A DNA stretch of 64,000 nt from Squalus acanthias (lineage: Eukaryota). Location of the stretch: positions 157,296,001 through 157,360,000 of the forward strand of contig CM059431.1 of assembly GCA_030390025.1 (NCBI GenBank), read 5' to 3'. This document shows, one piece after another, positions 39,558-49,786 of the stretch. The notes below the pieces were generated by a model. That model was not told where the DNA came from and made no database searches. It saw nothing but the letters and a program-made list of their open reading frames with translations. Position numbers and translations under genes: made by a program. Numbering within the stretch: position 1 is the stretch's first letter; every line of letters starts with the position of its first letter.

Positions 39558-39602
39558 ACAATGAAAGCCAAAACCAGCCTTATTCCTGAGGTAGAGAATA
39601 TT
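39558..39602 (-). other. 45-nt micro-exon, copy 3
   Basis: Same splice signals; NILYLRNKAGFGFHC. Confidence 0.6.
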
Positions 39603-39694
39603 CTGCAGGGAAATATGGAACGGGGTCAGCATTGATGAATTGAGTGATCCACCGCTCGGTTTTACAGTCTGGCGGTATAATACTATATTTATTC

Positions 39695-41500
39695 ACCGAT
39701 TGTTGAGAAATAAAAGAATGACCAGGGTGAGGGTAGGGCCGGTCAAGGACAGTAGTGGGAACTTGTGCATGGAGTCAGAAGAGATATGAGAGGTGATGAA
39801 TGAATACTTTTCGTCAGTGTTCACCGAGGAGAGGGGCCATGTTCTTGAGGATGAGAGTGTGATAAAGGTGGATAGGCTGGAGGTGGTAGATGTTCTGAGG
39901 GAAGATGTTTTAGCAATTTTGAAGAACCTGAGGGTCGACAAGTCCCCTGGGCCAGATGGGATATATCCTAGGATTCTTTGGGAGGCAAGGGAGGAGATTG
40001 CAGAGCCTCTGGCTTTGATCTTTGGGTCCTCACTGTCCACGGGAATGGTGCCAGAGGACTGGAGAGTGGCGAATGTTGTTCCTCTCTTCAAGAAAGGAAA
40101 TAGGAATGACCCTGGTAATTATAGGCCGGTTAGTCTTACTTCGGTGGTTGGTAAGATAATGGAAAAGGTCCTGAGGGATAGGATTTATGACCATTTGGAA
40201 AGGGGCAACTTAATCAGGGAAAGTCAACACGGATTCGTGAAGGGTAAGTCTTGCCTAACAAATTTGATTGAATTCTTTGAGGAGGTAACTAAGTGTGTAG
40301 ATGAAGGTAGAGCAGTTGATGTCATATACATGGATTTTAGTAAGGCGTTTGATAAGGTTCCCCATGGTCGTCTCATGAAGAAAGTAAGGAGTTGTGGGAT
40401 AGAGGGAAATTTGGCCGATTGGATAAGTAACTGGCTATCTCATAGAAGGCAGAGGGTGGTGGTGGATGGAACATTTTCGGACTAGAGACCAGTTACCAGC
40501 GGTGTGCCACAGGGGTCGGTGCTGGGTCCTCTGCTGTTTGTGATTCTTATCAATGACTTGGAGGAGGGGACTGAAGGGTGGATCAGTAAATTTGCTGATG
40601 ACACCAAGATTGGTGGAGCAGTGGATGAGGTGGAGGGCAGTTGTAGGCTGCAAAGAGACATTGATAGGATGCAGAGCTGGGCCGAAAAATGGCAGATGGA
40701 ATTTAACCCTGATTAGTGCGAGGTGATTCATTTTGGTAGGGCAAATTTGAATAAGGATTACAGGGTCAACGGCAGGGTTCTGAGGAACGTGGAGGAGCAG
40801 AGGGATCTGGTGGTTCATATCCACAGATCTCTGAAGGTTGCCACTCAAGTGGATAGAGCAGTAAAGAAGGCCTATGGTGTGTTGGCGTTTATTAACAGAG
40901 GGTTTGAGTTTTAGAACCGTGAGGTTATGCTGCAACTGTACAGGACCTTGGTGAGACCACATTTGGAATATTGTGTGCAGTTCTGGTCACCTCACTATAG
41001 GAAGGACGTGGAAGCATTGGAAAGAGTGCAAAGGAGATTTACCAGGATGCTGCCTGGTTTGGGGGGGAGGTCTTATGAGGAAAGATTGAGGGAGTTGGGG
41101 CTTTTCTCTTTAGAGAGGAGGAGGATGAGAGGCGACTTAATAGAGGTTTATAAGATGATGAGGGGGATAGATAGAGTGGATGTTCAGAGACTATTTCCTC
41201 GGGTAGAGGCAGCTGTTACAAGGGGGCATAACTATAAGGTGCATGGGGGGAGATATAGAAGGGATGTCCGAGGTAGATTCTTTACTCAGAGAGTGGTTGG
41301 GGTGTGGAATGGACTGCCTGCTGTGATAGTGGAGTCGGACACTTTAGGAACTTTCAAGAGGTTATTGGATAAGCACATGGAGCACACCAGAGTGATAGGG
41401 AGTGTGATAGCTTGATCTTGGTCTCGGACAATGCTCGGCACAACATCGAGGGCCGAAGGGCCTGTACTGTGCTGTACTGTTCTATGTTCTATGTTCTATG
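39695..41500 (+). mobile_element. 5'-truncated young CR1 LINE
   Basis: RT ORFs 39793-41415 broken only by a few stop codons; (GTTCTAT)n tail. Confidence 0.96.
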
Positions 41501-42209
41501 TTGTTTAATATTTTGGATTTGCTGAGTTCGAGGACATAAGCTGGCAGGAATCAAGGCATTAGTTTGCATATCCAATAGACTGGATGAATGTTGCGAGTCC
41601 TTGTTGATACGTGAGATAATGCAGATTGTGAGAGGTTAGAAATTAAGAAAGTGTTTAGTTCGATGTTAATATTGTTGCAGGGAAAGTGTTAGAAAGGCAG
41701 AGTGAGGCAGCCATGATGTGATGTGCAAAGTAGCAGAGAAATCGAAGCAAAGATTTGAGACGTTCACTTGAACTCTCCAGAGATCCGCGCCACCGGCAGT
41801 GGCTCAAACCAATCAGATGGTTCACTGGAAAAATAGAGCTGCTTTGATAGAGAATAAAGGAAAACTCAAGGGCTTTAATGCGACAGTTTAGCTTTTATAC
41901 ATCAGTAAATATCTTCCCGTGAGATTAGAATTATATCGCTATTACAAGTTTTATCTAACTCCAGAATTTCCTTTGGGGCTGAGCTGAGGACGCATGATGG
42001 TTACGCTGCTACTAAATTATTACATTATTCATTTCGATTCGTCTGGGCTTGCCCCTTGCCATCCTGTAATTTGGGGTAATTGATCAATTGATACGACAGC
42101 CTCTATGTCCGCTTTCCGAAACTACAATAAACCAATCCCATGCAGAAATATGGGCACTGAATTACCTTAACAGCGAGACGTTGCACAGTGAATTAACAGA
42201 CCTGGATTC

Positions 42210-42535
42210 AGTCCTGGCCCCCAGGTTGTTGATTGTGGCCGATTCGCCGATGGTAATGGCATTAAATATCAAGGGGTGCTGATGTGACTCTCTCTTGTTC
42301 GAGATGTTCATTGCCTGGCACTTGAGTTGCGCAAATGTTACTTGCCACTTATCCGGCCAAACCTAGATGTTGTCCAGGTATTACTTCATACGGGGATAGA
42401 CTGCTTCATTATTGGTGGAATTGCGAATGGAGCTGATCACTGTGCAATCATTAGTGATCAGCCCCAATTCTGAACTTATAATAGATGGCCATTGAAGAAG
42501 CACTTACCGATAATCGGGCCTTGGACGCTGCCAAG
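42210..42535 (-). mobile_element. Old CR1-group RT fragment; paralogs ~56385-56710 and ~62655-62980
   Basis: WPDKWQVTFAQLKVQAMNISSKRESHHLSLIFNGITI (ORF 56356..56562). Confidence 0.8.
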
Positions 42536-42790
42536 AAGCAAACATAATTATACCATGAGATGATGTTCTCTCATTATTTAATGCATTAATTGAAGATTAA
42601 AGAACAGATTAGTTTACCAGAGATATATTTCAGTAGTGCGCTTCAAATGTTGTTTTCATTGGCATCGGACTCAATTTCAGCGTCACTATTGAGTACTGCT
42701 TATATCGATGGGTTGCACGAAATACAGTTAATCTAAAACTGACTCATGACTCATTTAACACTATGAGATTCCACCTTATGTGTTGCATAC

Positions 42791-42951
42791 CTCATGATCT
42801 GCTTCAGTAAACACGTCTCCATCAAAAGGCTTCTGACTAACAGCCTCCACGTTTTCTTCAATTGAATGCTCTAGTCTCTGATGGCAGCACTCGATAATTC
42901 TCCGCAGCTGGATATCCGTGTACCTCTGCAGCGTCAGCAAGGTTTTAGTAT
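42791..42951 (-). CDS. CARD/death-fold-like exon A (161 nt, phase 1-0)
   Basis: ttcag|AT ... GAG|GTATGC; open frame TKTLLTLQRYTDIQLRRIIECCHQRLEHSIEENVEAVSQKPFDGDVFTEADHE. Fold assignment is from helical pattern and recalled similarity to shark NLR N-termini. Confidence 0.7.
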
Positions 42952-44341
42952 CTGAATTTAATGTCAAGTTGTAAATGAGAACAGATTAAAATACTGAGCC
43001 CGCTATTAAACAATGAATTATCTGGACCAACTGATATAGCAACAGCTTTTATTAAAGCCTTTCAAGCAGTGATAACGCCAGTGGCGCCTCACAGAGGAGG
43101 AATTAAGAATCAATGCTGTCTCTTTTTGGTATAGTTCGGAGGACCGACCCAGGACTTGCAGCATTCGGAGATTGGTTAAACTAAGTAAGAAGTAGAAAGA
43201 GGGGGGTCCTTAGGAATGGAGTCAGTGGGATTGACGTCTTTGCCTGGAGTGCAGAGCAGAAGATCCGATACACTATTGTCCACAGCGAAGGAGAAGTGTG
43301 TAACAGAGGGGATGTTAAGAATACTGTTGGGTTAAGATGGGCGGGGCCGTAGATTTTGTTGAAGATCACTAGGACCATTTCACACATGATCAGTTTGGGA
43401 GAAGAAGTGAATGTAAGTCAGTAACTAAGCATTTTACGGATCAATGGAACTGAGGGTGAATTGGAATTTAAGCAATAGAGCTGTGGAAAAGCTGGAGCTC
43501 GGCCCACATGTCGTTTGAGGTATCCTTTCTAAAGCTCACCAAAGCATCGATAAAGTACCAGCAAATATTCTTATGGAGTGCGTGTCCAGAAAATTAACTT
43601 ATAATTTTTCCTGACGGTGATCTGAGACTCCAGTTTGAATTAATGTCTTGGAATCAGCAGATGCTGTTGAGCAATTAGACATAGTCGGGCCTTTCACATG
43701 TTTGCTTGAAGAGCAAATAAATAATGTACAAATATTGGAAGTATGAAACACTAAATGCAACTTCATTCGTGCTTCTCTTTTTCCTTCTTTATTTCAAGGA
43801 AAATTAAATTTTGAAACAGGAACTGAGAAATGGAAAAATTGTGAAGCAAAAAGGCAGTCACAATAAACTTTACGATTATCAATACACTGAGTACAGGAAA
43901 CAAAACATTGGGAAATTGTTTTCATTATCAATAGAAAATAATTACAGAAAAACAAATACTTTAGCACAGAAATGACTGCAGCAAGTACAGTTCCGCAATT
44001 AAATGTACACGAGCATAAAACATCAAAGGAATGGGGCGAGGAGGGTGTTGGAGAAAGTCGTGAGAGGTAGCACTACTAAATAAAAACAATACCTCATCAA
44101 CAACAACATAAATATTTATATGGCACCTTTAACGTTAAAAAAAATATTGCAAGGCGCCTGAAGGAATTTTAATGAGGCGTGAACACATACATTCAGGCCG
44201 AAGGAAGTTATCGTAAGGGTTTAGGATGAATAACATTGTTTGTAATCAAAAAAGTGCGTTTTAAGTAGACACTTAAGTAATTAACCGGGGTATAGAGGCG
44301 GAGGCATTTAGGGAATGAATAACAGAGACCGAAAATGTAAC

Positions 44342-44545
44342 TCTTTTCTTCATTATTTGTATTTCCTGCATCACGAGTGCCCGCATTGTTTGCCGCATCA
44401 AGCTGTGCGTAATCTATTCTCCGATGAGATCTCCGCTTTGCCCACCAACAAGTCACAAAGATTCCTAGTGCGTCCAGCAGTATTTCACCGATAAATGCGA
44501 GGGGAATTGTGAATCGTTCGTACATTATTTCAGTATCGTCAATCA
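44342..44545 (-). CDS. Transmembrane and juxtamembrane exon (phase-1 acceptor; donor uncertain)
   Basis: gatttacag|TG; hydrophobic FTIPLAFIGEILLDALGIFVTCWW, then basic AKRRSHRR, then IDYAQL. Possible weak donor A|GTTACA at 44342/44341. Confidence 0.6.
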
Positions 44546-46074
44546 CTGTAAATCATAGTACAGGTTTTGAGCTGTTGTTATGCAAGTATTCATTGACAAT
44601 CCAAACAATCTAAACCAATTTTAACAGCTACAGAAGCGTTAACTTTCGTTTATTGGTTGCGTATCACATTGTTCAGTTCGCTTTTTAATATCCTCTGCTG
44701 TTTTCACGGTTTTTCTTTGTCAGGTAATCGCAATCTTGTGCATTTCTCTACTTTTCCTAAATAACGGATTTATAAGGTGTCGCCTAGAGGTTTATCAATG
44801 ATATTTGCGACCTGTGGCTGAATTGACTGTGCACTTATTTTCATCTATCAGTTCAAAAGTTAGCATTATTGTCACTCAACAATGAACAATCTGTAATATA
44901 TTGGAGCCAATACTTAATAGGATATCGCCAATTAGTTCTGCTTTTGGATTCTGATCCATTAGGATTTTCCTGTTAAAATTGCAATCGAAATAATTCACTG
45001 CTGCAGCTGTTTGCTTCTGCTACAAGGTTGGTCTGCTTAGAGGCAGGAGCTGCATTTTCACAAGTTATATTCCTACAAGAGTTGAATGTACTTTTAGAGA
45101 GATGTGCTTGCATCAGATTCCCCACGAAATACCCGCTAATTCTATTTAGCTTTTATTTATATAACTGTCGTTTCAAATACATGAACAATTGATTAAAAAA
45201 TTGAATTAACCAGAAGCGATTCTGAAATCGGCTGTTGAAATTAAGACTCTTCAGTGGCACTTGAAGTCTTTTAAACGTATAATTAGCAATCATTCGTGGT
45301 TTAATTGTACATTGTTATTGTGTGTCTAAATATCCAATCATATTTAAAACCGCGGCTTCACCAGCATTTTTACCAACTGTTCAGACGGCTAAACCTTGTT
45401 AATTCGATATCCCTAATACTTGTGAATCAACATCCGTATTTCAAATATACGAATTGAAACGTTATCACAACAAACATCCGATCCTGTCAACAGAATAATC
45501 ACGTTTACCGTAAAGTAACGGGATTCGAGTAATTGAGGGGTAAGGGAATAATTTGGCTCCTAATGGCTGGTAGCTGAAGACGAAATTTAAAATACGCTGC
45601 AGATAAGCATTCTAAAATAAAAAATATATGTTTCAGATATGAAGCAGATTTAAATCACTTTGCCGTGCCAGGTACTTATTGGGATTTCTCATTGTTAATT
45701 GTTGCCTGAAACAGAATACAGAAAGTAACATCCTTTGCGATCAGAGACCACATTAGGTTTTACCGCTAGCAAGGTTATTCAGTCACTCCGTTCATGCGTC
45801 AGCACCTTTTTCACCGCTCAGGTTTTATGCAATAAACCAAGTTCCACATTATTCCGTTTGTCTTTTCAATCCCATTACCAGCTGATCAACCCCATCTTCA
45901 CTCAGAATTCGTTTCACTTCGTTACTCTGCTTCCTCCAGATTTCTGCCCACTTGCTCTTATTTAATTTTTGACATTCCATTCTTCACTCCCTCCTTATAA
46001 GTCACGTTGTTTTTGCTTTTCCCTCCTTTCTCCTCGTCGGTACCGATGTTTCCTCTTGACGTTCCTCACTTAAC

Positions 46075-46248
46075 CGGGATCCTGTTGTGATTTAACTGAA
46101 CTTAATTTGTCAGCTAATAAAAGTAATCTCTTCCCTTTATTGACAGGAATGTTGCAGGGGCCGTCTACTACGGTGGCCGAATCAATATCCACCGCCTGAC
46201 AAATTTCTACACGTTTAGTTCCCCTTAGCACCAAGATCAAGCAGGTAG
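46075..46248 (-). CDS. Candidate 174-nt exon (phase 1-1), possible signal-peptide end and short ectodomain
   Basis: Good acceptor gtctttcatttttag|CT; open frame TCLILVLRGTKRVEICQAVDIDSATVVDGPCNIPVNK...SQQDP; weak donor G|GTTAAG. Confidence 0.4.
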
Positions 46249-47129
46249 CTAAAAATGAAAGACAAACCATCTAAATGAATGACCAAGAGGGTTAGCAACT
46301 TGGATTGTGAATTTATTCCACTTAAACCGGTCCGCAACATCAGCCGATATCCCCTCGAAATTCCTTCCCAAGTTTCCACTAGTCTTTTGCTCAAACGGAA
46401 ATTGGATTTGGTCAAGTGCCCCCTGGACCGTGGCCTTCTAATAGGTGGTAAAATGTGCCAGTGCACTCGTGGAGTAATTTTGGCTATTCCCGATAGTGTA
46501 AGACGGGCGATAATTGCTCGGAGATAAACCTATCGATCTCGAATATCGTCCGTTTTACACTAGCTCCAAAGTCTAAAGTTTCCCACAACAGTTAGAGATG
46601 GATTCATCCCGTTATGATAATTCACAGGGGATGTTGAAAACGTGTCCTTAGAGACTTCGCCAGGCGGCAATATGTAGCTTGATAGAATTTGAAAGCTATC
46701 ATAATACTGTAGCATTCACGGACAGGCTTGTTTATCCCTCAGCCTCCGTTTCCGGGTTCGCTAACACAGTTTTTTTTTTCTGGCACAGTAGGAACAAATA
46801 AAGCAAAAGGATGTATATACAGAAATAGCAGGGGTGTGGGACTACTTGTCTAGCTCTTCCTTTCAGCCAGCAGAGGAACGATTGGTCGAAAGGCATCCTT
46901 CAATGTTAAGATTCTATCCAGCGATTTACCGTCAGTTTTCTAACAGCAGTAGGCGATTCAGAATCTCGAGCACGTTTCGCCATTCAATTCGATCATTGCT
47001 TATCTGCATCTTAACTCAATAAAATCGCCTTTGTTCTGTATCCATTAATAGCCTTAGCTTGCAAAAATCTATCGAACTCAGGTTCAATATTATGTCGTCT
47101 CTATTTGCAACAGCAAATTTCTGATTGGA

Positions 47130-47500
47130 GCATTGTAGGACAATTCCACACTTTTTCCATTGTTTTCCTCTCTCTCACATGGCGGCTGTCGATCATTCTG
47201 CCATTGCCTTTTACATTTGATCTAGAGCCATCTTTTGTCCGATTATCATCTGCTTGTGCCTTGCACCACCATCCCTTTTGTCTCTTAATCTCTCCTGCCT
47301 TCCATCCTATCACGAACCATCCCTTCTGTTCTGCCCTCACCTCCCTCCTTTCCCTGCTTCTGAACTTGCTTAAAAACCTGTTCTATCTCCAGCCTTTTAC
47401 AGTTCGGACGAAGTGTGATCGACCTGAAACTTTAACTCTGTGTTTCTGCTCCACAGATGCAGCCTGAACTGCTGTGTATATCCAGCTTTTTCTGTTTTTA
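47130..47500 (+). mobile_element. Penelope-like element terminal fragment
   Basis: Pyrimidine-rich tract ending cggacgaagtgtgatcgacctgaaactttaactctg...ccacagatgcagcctgaactgctg, a pattern typical of fish PLE termini. Confidence 0.55.
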
Positions 47501-47554
47501 TCTATGGGTTAATAGTCGAGTAACATAAAAACTATGCTTCCGTTCCATTAGCAG

Positions 47555-47860
47555 ATGTGTATGGAGATTTACAGTGTATCGGGATCCTGTCAAATTTGTA
47601 TGCGGATAGCGTTTATTGGGATCCTGCCAGATGAGTCTCGGAGAGTTAGTGTAACAACATTCAGACAGATGTGCACAGTGAATCGCAGCCTAACAGGTTA
47701 CATCCTGATGTGTACGTGGATTCACAGTTCATCAGCATACTGTCAGTATGGGGTTTCACAGTGTATCAGCATACTGCCTGTTCAGTATGGATCTTCGAAG
47801 TTTATCGGGTACCGGACAGGTGTGTATGCTGTTTCACGGTGTAACGGGATGCTCCAGCTG
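47555..47860. repeat. Degenerate ~35-39 bp tandem repeat (~8 units)
   Basis: Recurring gtgtatggxgxttxacagtgtatcgggatcctgxcag-like units. Confidence 0.6.
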
Positions 47861-47887
47861 GGCACACAAACGTTTCTTTATATTCAG

Positions 47888-47895
47888 TCATATAC
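47888..47895 (-). CDS. Coding part of a candidate terminal exon (phase 1: G-I-stop)
   Basis: tgcatttattttcag|GT ATA TGA, compatible with the phase-1 donor of exon B at 53570; (TA)n at 47909-47932 lies just upstream. Confidence 0.35.
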
Positions 47896-49786
47896 CTGAA
47901 AATAAATGCATATATATATATATATATATATACATCATTATCAAAATAAGAAGTTGCCATATTTGGGAGAGCAGTGGAGCTGTATTACACCCACGAAAAG
48001 CAGGAATGTGCAGGTTGAAATCTCCGCTTCAAATAGGTAAACACATTATCGGATCAGAGCAGAACACAATCCGCACAAACTTCAATCGTACCGCTATTGA
48101 ATTCTATTGAAACTGATGGAAGGGCTCATCAGACCGAGCGCTTAACGGACAGCAGAGAATCATAAATTGTTACAGCACAGAAGGAGACCATTTGGCCCGT
48201 CGAGCCGATGCCGGATCTCCGGAAGAGCACTGCAGCGAGTCCCACAGCTCAGCGTTTTCCCCTTAGCTCTGCACATTTTTTTTTACTTCAGGAAATTACC
48301 CAATTACCTTTTGAAATCCACGATTGAGTCGGCCTCCAAAATCCTTGCAGACAGCGCATTTGAGACTCTAACCACTTGTTGCATGAAAAAAGTTTTTCCT
48401 CATGTCGCCTTTGGTACTTCTGCCCATCACCTTAAATCTGTGATCTTTGGTTCGCGACCCTTCCACCAATAGGAACAGTTTCTTTCTCTCTTTCTACTCT
48501 GTCTAGAACCCTCATGATTTTGAACACATCTATCAAATCTCCTCTCAAACTTCTCTACTCTAAGGAGAACACAGCCAGCTTTTCCAGTCAATCCACATAA
48601 CCAAAGTCGCTCATCCCTGGAACCATTCTTGTAAATCTTTTCTGCAGTCTCTCTAAGGCCTTCACATTCTTCCTAAAGTGCGGTGCCCAGAATTGGGCAC
48701 AATTCTCCAGTTGTGGTCGTGGCAGTGTTTATTAAAGCTTCTTTATAACTTCTTTGCTTTTGTACTCTATTACTCTATTTATGAAGCCGAGTTTACCGTA
48801 AGCTTTTTAAACACTTTCTCAGCCAGCCCTGATACCTTCAAAGATTTGTATTCATATACCCCCAGGTATTACTGATCATGTAGCCCGTTTAGAATTGTAC
48901 CCTTTATTTTATATTGCCTCTCCTCGTTCTTCCTACCAAAATGTATCATTCGCACGATTCTGCGTTAAATTCATCTTCTACCACATGTCCGCCCATTCTA
49001 CCAGCCTGTCTATGTCCTCTTGTAGACTTTCACTATTCTTCTCACTGTCAGTATACTTCCAAGTATTGTGTGATTTCCAAATTTTGAAATTGGGCCCGGT
49101 ACACTCAAGTCCAAATTATAACTCTATATCCAGAAAAGCAGTGGTCCTCGTTCCGCCCACCGGGAAACACATTCCTCCAGTCCAAAAAACAAACGTTCCC
49201 CAATACTATCTGATTCCTGTTACTAAGCCAATTTCGCATCAACGCTGCCACTGTCGCTTTTATTCCATGGGTTTCAACTTTGCTGTCTAGCCTACTAAGT
49301 GGCATTTTATCAAACGTCTTTTGGAAGTACATGTACGCCACGTCAACCGCATTGCTCTCGACAGCAAAACTACCCTCTCTGTTGCAGCATCAATTTTTTT
49401 TAAGTTAGTTAAACACGAGTTGCCTTTGACAAATCCGTGCTGACTTTACTTCATCAATCCACACTTGTCCAAGTGACTGATAATTTTGTCCCCATTTTTC
49501 GTTTATAACAGCTTCCCCATTACCGGGTTAAATTGACTGATCTGTAGTTGCTGGATGTAACATTTGCAATGTTGCAGTCCACTGGCACCACTCCCGTACA
49601 TAAGGATGATTGGAAGATTATGGGTAGTACCTCCACAATTTTCACCCTTACCTCCCTCAGCATCCTAGGATTCATCCCATCCGATCACCCAGCCTTTTAG
49701 TACCTCCTCTTTATCAATATTTATCCCATTCAGTATTGCAACTACTTCCTCTTTCACGTGACGTTGACAGCATCTTTTTCCTTAAC

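Larger units (their letters stand above)
30960..41528. repeat. Leader-exon segmental unit, copy 3 (two CR1 insertions, truncated at ~41528)
   Basis: Colinear with copies 1 and 2 up to ggatttgctgagtt (41528), where the sequence switches to the death-fold unit. Confidence 0.85.

Noticed and set aside
44975..45150. NITCENAAP peptide as an LRR C-terminal cap exon
   Set aside because: It lacks the NPWxCxC motif and has no convincing donor or compatible phase.
46328..46340. MLRT first coding exon completing a signal peptide
   Set aside because: It is phase-compatible, but the donor GTTTAA is poor, so it is not called as a feature.
47555..47899. 114-aa Cys-rich plus-strand ORF
   Set aside because: It coincides with a degenerate tandem repeat and has no recognisable domain.
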